Shown here: piece by piece, positions 1 through 12,816 of the stretch | How the letters are laid out: each line of letters begins with the position of its first letter | How positions within the stretch are numbered: position 1 is the stretch's first letter | Assembly: GCA_951406725.2 (NCBI GenBank) | Contig: OX597828.1 | Coordinates: 28,520,001 to 28,584,000 of the forward strand | DNA: 64,000 nucleotides | Reading direction: 5' to 3' | Origin: Octopus vulgaris | Taxonomy: Eukaryota | Made by a program: the position numbers and the translations under genes | Notes under the pieces: model-generated | What the model was told of the DNA's origin: nothing | The model's input: only the letters and a program-made list of their open reading frames with translations | Database searches by the model: none

Positions 1-295
1 ACTCTCCAGGATTTTCCAGATGTATATCACCGCATATCTCTCCTGCCTCCACTCTAGGGAGAAGAGGTTTAATACCTTCAGTCTTTCCCAGTAGCTGATA
101 ATTTGCATTGAGACGATTTTCTTTGTGTAGCTTCTCTGAATTGCTTCGAGTTCTGCTGTTAGTTTTATATTGTGTGGTGACCACAGATGGGAGCAGTAGT
201 CCAAGCGGCTGAGGACGAATGTTTTCCATAGGACCATTAGTGTCTCCTTCTCTCTTGTTCTGAAAGTTCAGAGAATCCATCCAGCTAGCCGTCTG

Positions 296-300
<5 letters not shown>
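1..300 (-). pseudogene. CR1/L2-type non-LTR retrotransposon RT C-terminal remnant
   Basis: Manual minus-strand translation gives [61 protein letters not shown]...[30 protein letters not shown]. This matches the CR1-type thumb motifs (LDYCS.LWSP, LE.IQR, Y.ERL..L.LFSLE.R) with one in-frame stop. Confidence 0.85.
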
Positions 301-337
<37 letters not shown>

Positions 338-652
338 GTATGTATGTATGTATATATATATACATATGTATGCATGTATATATATATATATACATATGTA
401 TGCATGTATATATATATACATGTGTATGTATATGTATGTATATATCTATGTATGTACGTATCTATGTATATATGTATGTATATATATGTATCTATGTATG
501 TGTATATATATATGTATGAATGTATATATATGTATGTGTATGTATATATATATATGTATAAATATGTATATATGTATGTGTATATATATATATATGTATA
601 AATATATATATGTATTATATATATGTATATATATATATGTATATATATATAT

Positions 653-685
<33 letters not shown>

Positions 686-743
686 TGTATATATATATAT
701 ATATATATATACGTATATATATATGTATATATATATATGTACG

Positions 744-774
<31 letters not shown>

Positions 775-1351
775 GTATAGGTATATAAACACGTATATAT
801 GTATATATACACATATATGTTATATTATGATATATATATGATTATATATATGTATGCTTATATATGTATATATACATATGTATATGTATATATAAATATA
901 TGTATGTGTATGTATATGTATATATATTGTATATATATATGTATATATACACATATATATATATGTATATGTATATGCATATATACATATATATATATAT
1001 ACATATATATATGTGCATATATATACATATGTATGTACATATATATATATGTATGTGTATATATATTGTATATATGTATGTATATATACACATATATATT
1101 GTATATATGTACGTATATATACATATATATATATACATATGTATATATATACATATATATACATATGTATATGTATAAATACACATATATATACATATGT
1201 ATATGTATATATACATATATATATATGTTTATATATATACATATGTATGTACATACATATATATATATATGTATGTGTATATATATTTATATATGTATAT
1301 ATGTGTATGTATATGTATGTATGTATATATATGTGTATGCATATATATGTC

Positions 1352-1438
<87 letters not shown>
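301..1438. repeat. Compound (TA)n/(TATG)n/(TG)n microsatellite
   Basis: Direct inspection; all ORFs here are Y/I/M/C/V repeat translations. Confidence 0.95.
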
Positions 1439-1439
<1 letters not shown>

Positions 1440-2382
1440 GACAACCCTATCAAATCCCTAATCGGTAGAACCTACCCTTTTAGTGGAACCCCCTGTACGG
1501 ATAGGAACTGTACTTTGTGTAGATTTAGCCCACAAACAAACTGTAAAGCCAGAAATGTAGTCTATAGTATAAGATGTATAGAGGGACAATGCAGTAACCA
1601 GACAACAACATACGTAGGGGAAAGGGCACGGAGCATAGGACACCGGGTAAATGAACAATGGAGAGAACTTAAGGAAGAAAAGAGCTCATCGGTTCTGTAC
1701 CAACACACCGAGCGGGAACATGAGGGCTCACTCACAACATAGAAGTTAAATCTTGTCCACACATTGAACAGACGCAACAATCAGACTGATTACGGAAGCT
1801 ACTCACATTATAGAAGATAAACCTAGCCTGAATAGGAAACTGGAATGGAATACTAGCAGACACCACAGCATATGACAGAAGAAGATCCCCATAAACTGGT
1901 AACAATATAAACAAAACTAAAAACATAAAATACACAGATACATAAACAAATGGAAGTAAATAACTATATACATTAAAACAATAATAATAATAATAATAAG
2001 TAGGTGTAAACACATAAGCCAGATAAACAAAAACAAACAGATTACACGAACGTGTATAAACAGGAGATACAAATATTACAGGCACTTCTTCCACAAACAC
2101 ACACACTAACTAAACATAGACACACAGAGGTATACGCTCGCGCAAATGAAGACACATGCAATAGGTATACAAAATAGCTGACCGTTAGTAAGGAGAGACA
2201 CACTAATGAAAAAGAAGAAAGCAACGGACCACTGATGAGGTCACAGAAATGTGATGAAAGAACTCTGGCCGAAATAAGATTAAGATTAATGTAAAAAATA
2301 TATAAAGCTGAAGCAAAGTAACACTAAATATATAGCGATTGTGTTTTTATTGGCTAAACTGGCAAAATGACCATTCCTAAAT

Positions 2383-2388
<6 letters not shown>
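1439..2388 (+). mobile_element. 5'-truncated Penelope-like element: GIY-YIG endonuclease remnant plus pLTR with hammerhead
   Basis: Translation [10 protein letters not shown]...[18 protein letters not shown]...[17 protein letters not shown]...[11 protein letters not shown] shows a Cys-rich linker and VVY-YVG GIY-YIG motifs, ending in a stop at 1740-1742. A hammerhead lies in the 3' part and both flanks are (TA)n. Confidence 0.85.
2225..2271 (+). ncRNA. Minimal type I hammerhead ribozyme (PLE pLTR)
   Basis: CGGACCA-CTGATGA-G-GTCAC(AGAAAT)GTGAT-GAAA-GAAC-TC-TGGCCG: intact core, stems I and II, very short stem III. Confidence 0.75.
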
Positions 2389-2460
<72 letters not shown>

Positions 2461-2499
2461 ATATATATATGTATATATATATATGTATATATATATATG

Positions 2500-2544
<45 letters not shown>

Positions 2545-3005
2545 GTATGTATATATATGTATATATATTGTGGTGTGTGGTGAAAGAGTGTGACGGATGG
2601 GGGAGAGCGGAAGTGGGGCTTGCAGGGCTTGCAGGGCGCATGCGCCGGAGGAAGCTGAAGTGACAGGCAGAACGCACGTGTGGCATTGACCAGTTGCGGG
2701 AGACACGACGAAGGGACCAGACGAGCGAGTTGGCTAAAAGCGATCCAAGTTCATCTCCGACGAGGTAAGACCTAATTACATTTCCATTCTCCCTTTTTCC
2801 GTTGTACTCTTTTCACCGTTCACACTACATATATATATATGTATATGTATGTATGTATATGTATATGTATATATATATGTATAAATATATATGTATGTGT
2901 ATATACATATATATACATATATATATACATATATATATATATACACATATTTATATATACATATATATACATACATACATATACACATATACATACAAAT
3001 ATATA

Positions 3006-3036
<31 letters not shown>

Positions 3037-3486
3037 ACATACATATATACATATATACATACATATATATATACATACATATATATATATACATACATAT
3101 ATATATACATATATATACACACATATACATATATACATACATATATATGCATACATATATATACTTATGTATATATATACATTTATACATGTCTATATAT
3201 TTATATATATATGTATGTATGTGTATGTATATATGTATATGTATGTATATATATATTTATATGAATATATATTTATATGTATATATGTATGTATATATGT
3301 ATATATATGTATGCTTATGTATAAGTATATATATATATACATGTATGTGTATATATATATATATGCATGTATGTTTATATATGTGTTGCATGTATATATA
3401 TATGTATTTATATATGTGTGTTTACATATACGTCTATATATATGTATATATGTGTATATATGTATGTGTATATATTAATAAGTATA

Positions 3487-3535
<49 letters not shown>

Positions 3536-3560
3536 GCATGTGTTTGTGTATCCTTGTGTC
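2389..3560. repeat. (TA)n/(TATG)n microsatellite blocks surrounding a GC-rich unique island (~2568-2828)
   Basis: Direct inspection. Confidence 0.9.
2600..2770 (+). promoter_or_regulatory. Candidate promoter/non-coding first exon (ETS, NRF1 and E-box motifs, then a splice donor)
   Basis: GCGGAAGT at 2607-2614, GGCGCATGCGCC at 2635-2646, CACGTG at 2675-2680 and GAG|GTAAGA at 2762-2770, within a CpG-containing island. Confidence 0.4.
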
Positions 3561-3884
3561 AGCCTTTGACCCCTCATCACTTGACAACTAGTGTCAGTTT
3601 GTTTATGGCCCCGTAGTTATTTCACAGTTCAGCAAAAAAGAATGGCAGAACAAGTGTCAGACTTAAAAAATAAGTATTTTAGCCAACCTGGTCAAGTAAA
3701 ACCCTACAAAGTGTTCCAGCATGGCCACATTCCAATGATTGAAACAAGTAAAAGATTAAGATATGATGGTCAACAGAAAACAGAAAACTTTGGTCATACA
3801 CTTACTCAATGAGAAATGACCCCTGGAGGGAAAAGGAAGCCAAAAGTCACCCAGCCATAACTGGGACTGGCACTCTATCTTTTA

Positions 3885-4190
3885 AGACAAGGGTTCCAGT
3901 TGATCTAATCCACAGAACAGCTTGCTTGTGGAATTATCTTCATGTGGTTGAGCACTCCACTGACACGTGTGCACTTAATGTAGTTCTCAGGGAGATTCAG
4001 CATGACACACAGCGTGTGACAAAGCTGATCCTTTGAAATACAGGTACAACTCATTTTTTGCTAGCTGAGTGGACTGGAGCAACGTGAAATAAAGTGTCTT
4101 GCTCAAGGACACAATGTGCTGCTGGGAATTGAACTCATGGCCTTTCAATCATGAGTAAATCACCCTAACCACTAAGCCATGCACCTTCAC
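3885..4190 (-). mobile_element. tRNA-derived SINE family B, diverged variant
   Basis: Shares GAGCACTCCAC.GACACGTGT...GTAGTTCTCAGGGAGATTCAGC...GAAATACAGGTACAAC with 8205-8583; tRNA-like head near 4120-4190. Confidence 0.7.
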
Positions 4191-4676
4191 AACAAAGGAA
4201 TAATGGCGACAGCAAGATGTGCGGAAGTATACAGATTTGAACCCCCGATCTGGTTAAGTAATCATGAGACTTGAAAAACAAGATATGTACAATGGAAATT
4301 CTCTTTCTCTCCAGACAACAACAACAACAACAAGAACAGATGTAACTACACTAATAATAATTAATCAATTATGTAATAAATTTAATATTTTTCTACAATT
4401 TTTCTTCCATTTCTGTTTTTATTTATTTGCTATTTAATTTATATATTTATTAATTTTTTTTTTATTATCTCAGAGCCTAATTAGTGAAAATTGTTGTTGA
4501 AATTTTAGAAAATGAAAACATCATTGATTATTAATAGGAATAAATATAATTAAAATAAATATTTAAAAATTCAAATATTTCCATTTTCAGCATTAAGTAT
4601 CATCAGTCCTCACTCTGTGAGTTCAATCTTAATCAACAATTGGGAATTACATTTAACTTTCACACATTCATTATTG

Positions 4677-4741
<65 letters not shown>

Positions 4742-4746
4742 GTATA

Positions 4747-4795
<49 letters not shown>

Positions 4796-4905
4796 CAGTA
4801 TTTCATTTACATTTTATACATTCATATATTTGTATACATGTGTGAGTGTATGTATTTATGTGAATATACGTGTACATGAATATGGATGTATATATGCATA
4901 TTTAT

Positions 4906-4942
<37 letters not shown>

Positions 4943-5454
4943 CAGTTCAATGATGACTTAGTTGGCCAAACCTTCAGTCACTGTACATACATATGTATAT
5001 ATATATACACACATATATATATATATTTATTTTTGATAAAGAATAATAAATATATACTCTACAAGAAGTATTGAGTAATCTTTCAGTTTAATGTAAAAAT
5101 TGTTTTTATTACAACATAAAAACAAACGTTAATACACACACACATATATATATATACATTATATGTGTTTTTGTGGTTCTATATTATAACATCACATGGT
5201 CGCTGTAAATGAGTATCACTGTCAGACAAGCAGTGTCGTTTAATTCCAGGTAATGAAGAAACAATACCTTTGTTGGAAACAGGTGAGAGTTGGCAACATC
5301 ATGGTATCTGTTCATAGAAAATCTGGTTCAATAAATTCCATCTGATCCATGCAAGCATGGAAAAGTGAACATTACAACAATGAGATATATATCTATCAAT
5401 ATGTATATATATATACACACTTCAGTCAAGTACATCAACATCCAAATGAAAATT

Positions 5455-5810
5455 ATAGTTGTGATCCCTGTGCCGGTGGCACATAAAAAGCACCATCCGA
5501 GCATGACCAATGCCAGTCCCGCTTTGACTGGCTTCTGTGCCAGTGGCACGTAAAAGGCACCTAACCGATCATGGCCGTTGCTAGCCTCCCTTGGCATCTG
5601 AGCTGGTGGCACGTAAAATACACCCACTAGACTCACGGAGTGGTTGGTGTTAGAAAGGGCATCCAGCCATAGAAACACTGCCAGATCAGACTCGAGACTG
5701 GTGCAGCCTCCTAGCTTCCCAGACACCAGTCGAACCGTCCAACTCATGCTAGCATGGAAAACGGATGTTAAACGGTGATGATGATTGATGATGATGATGA
5801 TGATGATGAT
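5455..5810 (+). mobile_element. SINE-like family D (internal tandem units, GAAGGGCATCCAGC core, (GAT)n tail)
   Basis: Homologous copies at approximately 7620-7810(-), 11720-11900(-), 24050-24410(+), 25065-25290(+), 27830-28050(-), 37860-38040(-) and 38395-38925(+). Confidence 0.75.
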
Positions 5811-5982
5811 ATACACACACTCAGACACATGCATGAGTGTGTAAGTTTGTATATTATCTCTGGGGTAATTACCCTCCCAAGACACAACAAGATTTTGCAT
5901 ATATGTACTTGTATAGAAATAGAAATATTTACATATAAACATATATTCATACACAAACACATTTATACATATATTTACATAT

Positions 5983-6205
5983 GGAAGGCGGCGAGCTGGC
6001 AGAAACATTAGCACGCCGGGTGAAATGCGTAGCCGTATTTCGTCTGCACTTTATGTTCTGAGTTCAAATTCTGCTGAGGTCGACTTTGCCTTTCATCTTT
6101 TCGGGGTCGATAAATTAAGTACCAGTTACGTACTGGGGTCGATAGAATCTACTTAATCCGTTCGTCTGTTCTTGTTTGTCCCCTCCCTGTGGGCAATAAA
6201 GAAAT
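5983..6205 (+). mobile_element. SINE family C (tRNA-like head, Meta-domain-like core)
   Basis: GGCGGCGAGCTGGCAGAA head, B-box-like GAGTTCAAATTC and core GCCTTTCATC.TTTCGGGGTCGATAAATTAAGTACCAG. Further copies at approximately 19248-19470, 21503-21700, 21720-21935 and 43130-43300 (+), and 18155-18310 and 23940-24050 (-). Confidence 0.75.
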
Positions 6206-6506
6206 ATATTTACATATGGAAAGCTTAACTTCATCCCCTGAGAAATGCACCGTATGCGCATCTATTCTGGAAACAGCTGTAAGAGACTGTCTGCACCACA
6301 TGTTCTTACTTTCTTATTTCTATGATGCACCCTATTCTAACAACTCTATTGCAACAGCTTTATAATTATGTTTAAATATAGGAATCCCATGCTCTCAGCT
6401 GATACCAATAGTTTCTCTGTTCTTTCTTTCTTTCTTTCTGTCATATATGTTCCCCCTCAATGATGAAACATTTGTAAGCATTTATTTGCTGCTTGGCAGT
6501 TATGAC

Positions 6507-6818
6507 CAGTGACGGACTGGGTCTAAGAATATTGGTTGCCAGGAGACTAAGGGAGCCCACCCGCTTCTACAAAGGGGCCCATCCACAACTACAATGCTAT
6601 CATTTGTTTATTTATTTATTTTTTTTGTTAAAAGTATTCTTTTCAACTGTTTACAAACATATCCTGGCTGAAATAATTAATGCATTCTTCCAGGAGTGAA
6701 TAAAAAGTTCTCAAAATTGGCCTCTTAGGTACTAACACGGGCCCCCATATATGGATTCTAATGGCGCAGGGACCCACTTGCTATTGAGCAAGCTAACAAC
6801 CTGGCCAGTCTGCCACTG
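6507..6818. mobile_element. hAT-type MITE
   Basis: TIRs CAGTGACGGACTGG / CCAGTCTGCCACTG. The flanking 8-mers GTTATGAC and GCTACAAT differ only by transitions, consistent with a decayed TSD. Confidence 0.7.
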
Positions 6819-6949
6819 GCTACAATACCACTTTTGGCCACATTTCATGCTGGACTTTTAGGTGTTAAGTCAACATGAGCACTTATTACATATATATATA
6901 CTTATTACATTCCAACATTACATGCTATTCTACCTGAACTCTTCTCATG

Positions 6950-7023
<74 letters not shown>

Positions 7024-7137
7024 GAGATAAAGTATGGGGGTGAACTCTTCTAAACCCCCATACAGATTACTAGGGCTCCAAGGTAATAACTGAGACAGCA
7101 GTTGTGGGGCCATTACAAATTTCTGATGCAGCAGATA

Positions 7138-7379
7138 TATAATTGTTAAAGAGGACAACAAGCAGTAAGGCAAGGCAAACATCTCAAGTCGTATACAAAA
7201 TTATTATTGGAAAAAATTTCAAAGTCTTACAGCTATTTGTTTCTGATGATGGAATATCCCATAATTGGGGATATCTCAGAAACAGCTGTAAGTCTTTGAA
7301 TTTCTTCCAGGAATAATAATGTAAATGACTTGAGATGTTTGCTTTGCCTTACTGCTTGTCCTCCTCTTTAACAATTATA
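7138..7379. mobile_element. Fold-back (inverted pLTR-like) element with central hammerhead motif
   Basis: Inverted arms of ~95 bp (TATAATTGTTAAAGAGG... / ...CCTCTTTAACAATTATA). The centre has CTGATGA(7243)-stem II-GAAA(7279)-CAGCTG-TA. Confidence 0.7.
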
Positions 7380-8204
7380 GATAGATAGATAGATATAAAT
7401 ACACGCATAGAGAGTAAAGACCCCTTTCAGTCATGTATAACCATGAGATTGCACCTAGAAGGCTCCCCTCTAAGGCACAAGTCTGGGCAAAAGTGAGATA
7501 AAGTGCCTTGCTCAAGAACACAGCCCACACCCCACTCCGGGAATTGAACTCACTACCTCATAATTCTGAGCCTGATGTTGTAACCAATGAATCAGGCACC
7601 CTCTATATATATATTATCATCATAATCATCATCATTTAACATCCGTTGTCCATGCTGGCATGGATTGGATGGTTTGACTGAGCTGGAAGTCTACGCCAGG
7701 CTTCAAATCTGATTTGGCATAGTTTTCTATGGCTGGATGCCCTTCCTAATGCCAACCACTCCAAGAGTGTAATGGATACTTTTATGTGCTAGTGGCACAG
7801 GTGCCATATGTGTGACACCAGTCTCTTCCACAACTACAATTTTACTCAGCTTGCTGAGTCTTTTTCTCAAGCACAACATAATGCCAAAAATCTTGGTCAT
7901 TGCCTCCATGAGGCCCAAAACTTGAAAGGAACTCAGCCACTTTGCCTCCATGAGGTTCAATGTTCAAAGGTTGATTTCTTCTTTTGTTTTATGTGCCACC
8001 AAGCACGGGTGTACTTGGCTTGATGGGTGCCCTTAAGCAGAGCACATTGCCAAAGGTCTCGGTCACTAGTCATTGCCTCATGTATAAATATATTTACATA
8101 TATGTAAAGAGTTAACAGATGAGATAGAAAGAATCTAAATATGGAATACACTTAGTAGAGCTCAAATGATTTGAACTTACATGCTGATATCTTCACCAAG
8201 GACT

Positions 8205-8583
8205 GGGAAGCACTCCGTCGGTTACGACGATGAGGGTTCCGGTTGATCCGAATCAACGGAACAGCCTGCTCGTGAAATTAACGTGTAAGTGGCCGAGCAC
8301 TCCACAGACACGTGCACCCTTAACGTAGTTCTCGGGGATATTCAGCGTGACACAGAGAGTGACAAGGCCGGCCCCTTGAAATACAGGTACAACAGAAACA
8401 GGAAGTAAGAGTGAGAGAAAGTTGTGGTGAAAGAGTACAGCAGGGATCACCACCATCCCCTGCCGGAGCCTCGTGGAGCGTTTAGGTGTTTTCGCTCAAT
8501 AAACACTCACAACGCCCGATCTGGGAATCGAAACCGCGATCCTATGACCGCGTGTCCGCTGCCCTAACCACTGGGCCATTGCG
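8205..8583 (-). mobile_element. Young tRNA-derived SINE family B with TSD
   Basis: Minus-strand head has A-box TGGCCCAGTGG and B-box GGTTTCGATTCC. TSD ACCAAGGACT at 8195-8204 and 8584-8593; nearly identical to 43306-43691. Confidence 0.9.
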
Positions 8584-8700
8584 ACCAAGGACTAAATCAC
8601 CAGGGTAAAGAGTGACCATAAGGGGAATCCAAGTGAGACGATATGGAGACAATGATTCAAATAAACAGATAAAACCTTGAGTTTTAATGTACAAAATGTA

Positions 8701-8945
8701 TTATTTACATTTGACAGATATTTGTCCTCGTTTGTTGTTAACACAACGTTTCAGCTGATATACCCTCCAGCTTTCATCAGGTGTCTTTGAGAAATTTCAA
8801 ACCTGGGTTCTCATTCCTAAGGTATTTTTTGATGCTATTATTATTATTATTATTATTATCATTATTATTCTCGGGCATATGACATAGTGGTTAAGAGCGC
8901 GGGCTACTAACCCCAAGATTCCGAGTTCGATTCCAAGCAGTGACA

Positions 8946-8981
<36 letters not shown>

Positions 8982-9152
8982 TCGAAAAAATACCTTGGAA
9001 ATGAGAACCCTGGTTCAAAATTTCCCCAAGACACCTGATGAAGGCTGGAGGGTATATCAGCCGAAGCATTGTGTTAACAACAAACGAGATGAGGATAAAT
9101 ATCCGTCAAATGTAAATAATGTACATAATTCCTCATCTCTTAAATATAGAAC
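8701..9152 (+). mobile_element. tRNA-headed element with inverted hammerhead-bearing arms and 13-bp TSD
   Basis: Arms ~8701-8870 and ~8947-9120 are inverted repeats around a tRNA-like segment at 8873-8944. TSD TGTACAAAATGTA at 8688-8700 and 9153-9165. Confidence 0.8.
8740..8785 (-). ncRNA. Minimal hammerhead ribozyme
   Basis: GACAC-CTGATGA-A-AGCTG(GAGGGTATAT)CAGCT-GAAA-CG-TT-GTGTT. The palindromic AACGTT stem III is typical of dimer-acting minimal HHRs; the partner copy at 9030-9075(+) has GAAG in place of GAAA. Confidence 0.75.
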
Positions 9153-9551
9153 TGTACAAAATGTATATACATGTAAAAAGAGAAGTCAGATATAAAATTT
9201 TCAGATGAAAAACAATCAAGTATAAATATATAAATATATTTTTGTATAGGGCAAACTCTTACCCAGATTACATAGACTCAAAGAACATGTCTGACAACTG
9301 TCTCTGGGGGCTTAGATTTACTTCATACTGTTAGCAGTTGTAGTTAATCCATCCACCCTGATGAAGGAGGCTCTTGACTTTACCAGGAGTGGCTGTGTGG
9401 TAAGTAGCTTGCTTACCAACCACATGGTTCTGGGTTCAGTCTCACAGCATGGCACCTTGGGCAATTGTCTTGTATTATAGCCTCAGGCCAACCAAAACTT
9501 TGTGAGGTGGATTTGGTAGATGGAAACTGAAAGAAGCCTATCGTATATATA

Positions 9552-9597
<46 letters not shown>

Positions 9598-9598
<1 letters not shown>

Positions 9599-10002
9599 GT
9601 GCAGGAGTGGCTGTGTGATAAGAAGCTTGCTTACCAATCACATCATTCCAGGTTCAGTCCCACTGTGTGTCAGCTTGGACAAGTGTCTTCTACTGTAGCC
9701 TCGGCTGACCAAAGCCTTGTGAGTGGATTTGGTAGACAGAAGCTGAAAGAAGGCCATCATATATATATGTGTGTGTGTATTTGAGTGTGTGTATGTGTGT
9801 CTGTGTTTGTCCCCCCACCCCCGCCATCGCTTGACAACTGATACTGGTGTGTTTACGTCCCATAACTTAGCATTTCAGCAAAAGAGACTGATAGAATAAG
9901 TACTAGGCTTACAAAGAATAAATCCTGGGGTTGATTTGTTCAACTGAAGGTGGTGCTCCAGCATGGCCGCAGTCCAATGACTGAAAGAAGTAAAAGAGTA
10001 AA
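9598..10002 (+). mobile_element. tRNA-derived SINE family A (CORE-like CTTGG.CAAG), full length; a 5'-half copy precedes it at ~9385-9545
   Basis: Head GCAGGAGTGGCTGTGTG...GGTTCAGTCCC, central microsatellite, and tail ...GCTCCAGCATGGCCGCAGTC.AATGACTGAAA; more than 10 copies in the window. Confidence 0.85.
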
Positions 10003-10625
10003 ATATATTCATCTTATACCTCCTGGCTTTCTTTATATTCTCTCTCTCTAATTCGACCGAGTTCACAACAAGACTGGCCAAATGGTCCAACCCTGAAGAA
10101 GCTACATCCATAATAGTCCCGGGTTGCATTGGCAGTGGAAACACTTATGGGTCATAATGATATACTGTATGAAATTGTAAAATAAGAGAAAATAAATTTT
10201 TAGGATGAACAAGTCTCTGTACTTTTTATAATCATTACTAATATATATATATGTATATATATGCATGTGTGTATAAATATATATATATATATAAGAAAAG
10301 AGAATAGCGATGTCATTAATAAATTATTATCTATTAATTAAAAACTTGACAAACATCCATTATAGCTGTTTCAATTCAGGTTCCCAGAAAATTAATTAAT
10401 TAAATTATAAATTATTTGAAAGTCGAATCTCTTCAGAGGTAGATAAAGATATACAAAGTAGATGTTCAATTTCCTCATGTTGAGTAAACGGCTGCAAACC
10501 ATTAATGGTTGAGTATTAAATACAATGTTTGTTCAATACTCGTTTTATAGGTAATTAACTAGTACTTTCATAGGATTTTGCTATCCATGAATGATGTTTG
10601 TAACCTTTAATTGTGCTTGTGTATG

Positions 10626-10656
<31 letters not shown>

Positions 10657-10689
10657 CATTATCATCATCATCATCCATGATGATATCTT

Positions 10690-11102
10690 TTCTCTTTCTC
10701 ATTTACTTGTTTCAGTCATTTGACTGTGGCCATGCTGGAGCACTGCCTTTAATCGAGCAACTCGACCCCAGGACTTATTCTTTGTAAGCCCAGTACTTAT
10801 TCTATCGGTCTCTTTTGCCGAACCGCTAAGTGACGGGGACATAAACACACCAGCATCGATTGTCAAGCAATGCTAGAGGGACAAACACAGACACACAAAC
10901 ATACACGCACACATATATATATATATATATACATATATATGATGAGCTTCTTTCAGTTTCTGTCTACCAAATCCACTCACAAGGCTTTGGTCGGCCCGAG
11001 GCTATAGTAGAAGACACTTGCCCAAGGTGCCACATAGTGGGACTGAACCCGGAACCATGTGGTTGGTAAGCAAGCTACTTACCACACAGCCACTCCTGCG
11101 CC
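10690..11102 (-). mobile_element. SINE family A, full length
   Basis: Reverse complement of the family A consensus. Confidence 0.85.
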
Positions 11103-11294
11103 TATATATATAGATATATATATATAGGTATGTAAATTCATTATTCTTCCACAAGAATAGTGTTGACAGTGACTTGGAAGTTTCGTCCAGCTGAGCCATT
11201 ATTTTACTCCCCAAAATGCACTGAGTGATCCTTCAGTTTAATGTAAAATGCTTTTTATTATGACATAAAAATAAATAATATATATATATATATA

Positions 11295-11485
11295 TAGGGA
11301 GAGTTTATGAAAAAAACAAAAGACGAAGACAGGTGGTGTACAAAACAAACAGATCTCTTAGTATAATGCTCAGGAACAGAAAAAGCCTTTTATGTTTCGA
11401 GCCTACGCTCTTCTACAGAAAGGGACACAGAAAAAAACAAGGAGTGAAAAAAATGTGTGTAGTGGCTAACAATCTATCATGGCGA
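11295..11485 (-). mobile_element. Short TA-embedded repeat family carrying a hammerhead-like motif with CUGUNGA core
   Basis: Homologous to ~25305-25462(+), ~31672-31865(-) and ~48890-49078(-); motif at 11386-11423. Confidence 0.75.
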
Positions 11486-12672
11486 CATATATATATATAC
11501 ATATATATATAAAGTTAATCCAAACATGAAAACACAAAGAGAAAACACAACAACGCGAGGACATGGAACAAATATAGTATTATTGGATGCTCAGGAAGGA
11601 AGGGAAGAAGGAGAGTTTAATGTTTCGAGCGGAGCTCTTCGTCGAAAACATAGGAGAAGGAAAGATCCAGAGAAGGGAAGACAGAGGAAAAAAAATCGCC
11701 AGCGGTACACATGCGGTCACCACCAAACATCCATTTTCCATGCTTGGATGGATTGAATGGCTTGTTGGGAACTGGTAAACCAAGAACCCACACCAGGTTC
11801 CACAGTCTGTTTTGACTTGGTTTCTAACATTGGATGCCCTTCCTAATGCCAGCCATTCTAAAGAGTGTACTGGATGCTTTTTACATGACACCAGCACTCA
11901 CACCAATGATTGTGTGTGTGTGTGTGTGTCTATGATTCTCTCACACATACACCACAGTTTGACAATTGGTGTTCGGTCTGTTTAAGTCCCTGTAACTTAG
12001 CAGTTCAACAATTGAGACAGATAGAATTATCACAAGACTTTAAAATAAATTTTAAAAAACTTAAGCCCTGGCAGTGACTAAAAAGCCTTGAAGACAATGC
12101 CCCAGTATGACTGTGGTCCAGTGACTGAAACAAGCGAAAGATAAAGGATATTTGATAATGTTGTCATATACACTGTGTGTCTGAATAAACAGATGGGATG
12201 TTCATGGTTGGATCTGCTTGATATGGGCTGACCCGAGGCAGTACAACAACAAGAAAATAACTCCAGGAAGGTTTCAAACAATTGAGACTCTTGGGAGATG
12301 AAAACTCAGGTAAAATTTGAACTCAGAACAAAGGAACAACAGGAACTTAAATTGCTGGAAGGCATTTAACCAGGCCCTGTACCTTTTATACAGCACCACC
12401 ACGACCGACCACCACCTCATTGTAGACAATAAAGCAAGACTGATTGAAGAAATAATTTTCAACCGAAGATGATTAAAATTCAGCAATGTGGGAAGGCGAC
12501 TTTGATGTGTGTGATTGGAAGTAAATATGCATGCTGAGATACATATACATTCACAGGTTTACTCAGAAACTAGCATTTTTAGCATAAAAATACATTCAGG
12601 TGTATGTGCATATATTTGCACACACATTCTGTTGCTTTTAGATAGTCTTGTACGCTTTAGAGAACATATCAG

Positions 12673-12731
<59 letters not shown>

Positions 12732-12744
12732 TACTTGCCACTAC

Positions 12745-12816
<72 letters not shown>

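Noticed and set aside
336-3591. Long Y/I/M/C-rich ORFs (also at ~12.5, 27, 33 and 35.6 kb)
   Set aside because: They are (TA)n/(TG)n microsatellite translations.
8873-8944. Functional tRNA gene
   Set aside because: The acceptor and T stems pair poorly and the segment is embedded in a TSD-flanked element, so it is treated as a SINE head.
10088-10155. Additional hammerhead (CTGAAGA...GAAACAC)
   Set aside because: Stems I-III pair too poorly to support a call.
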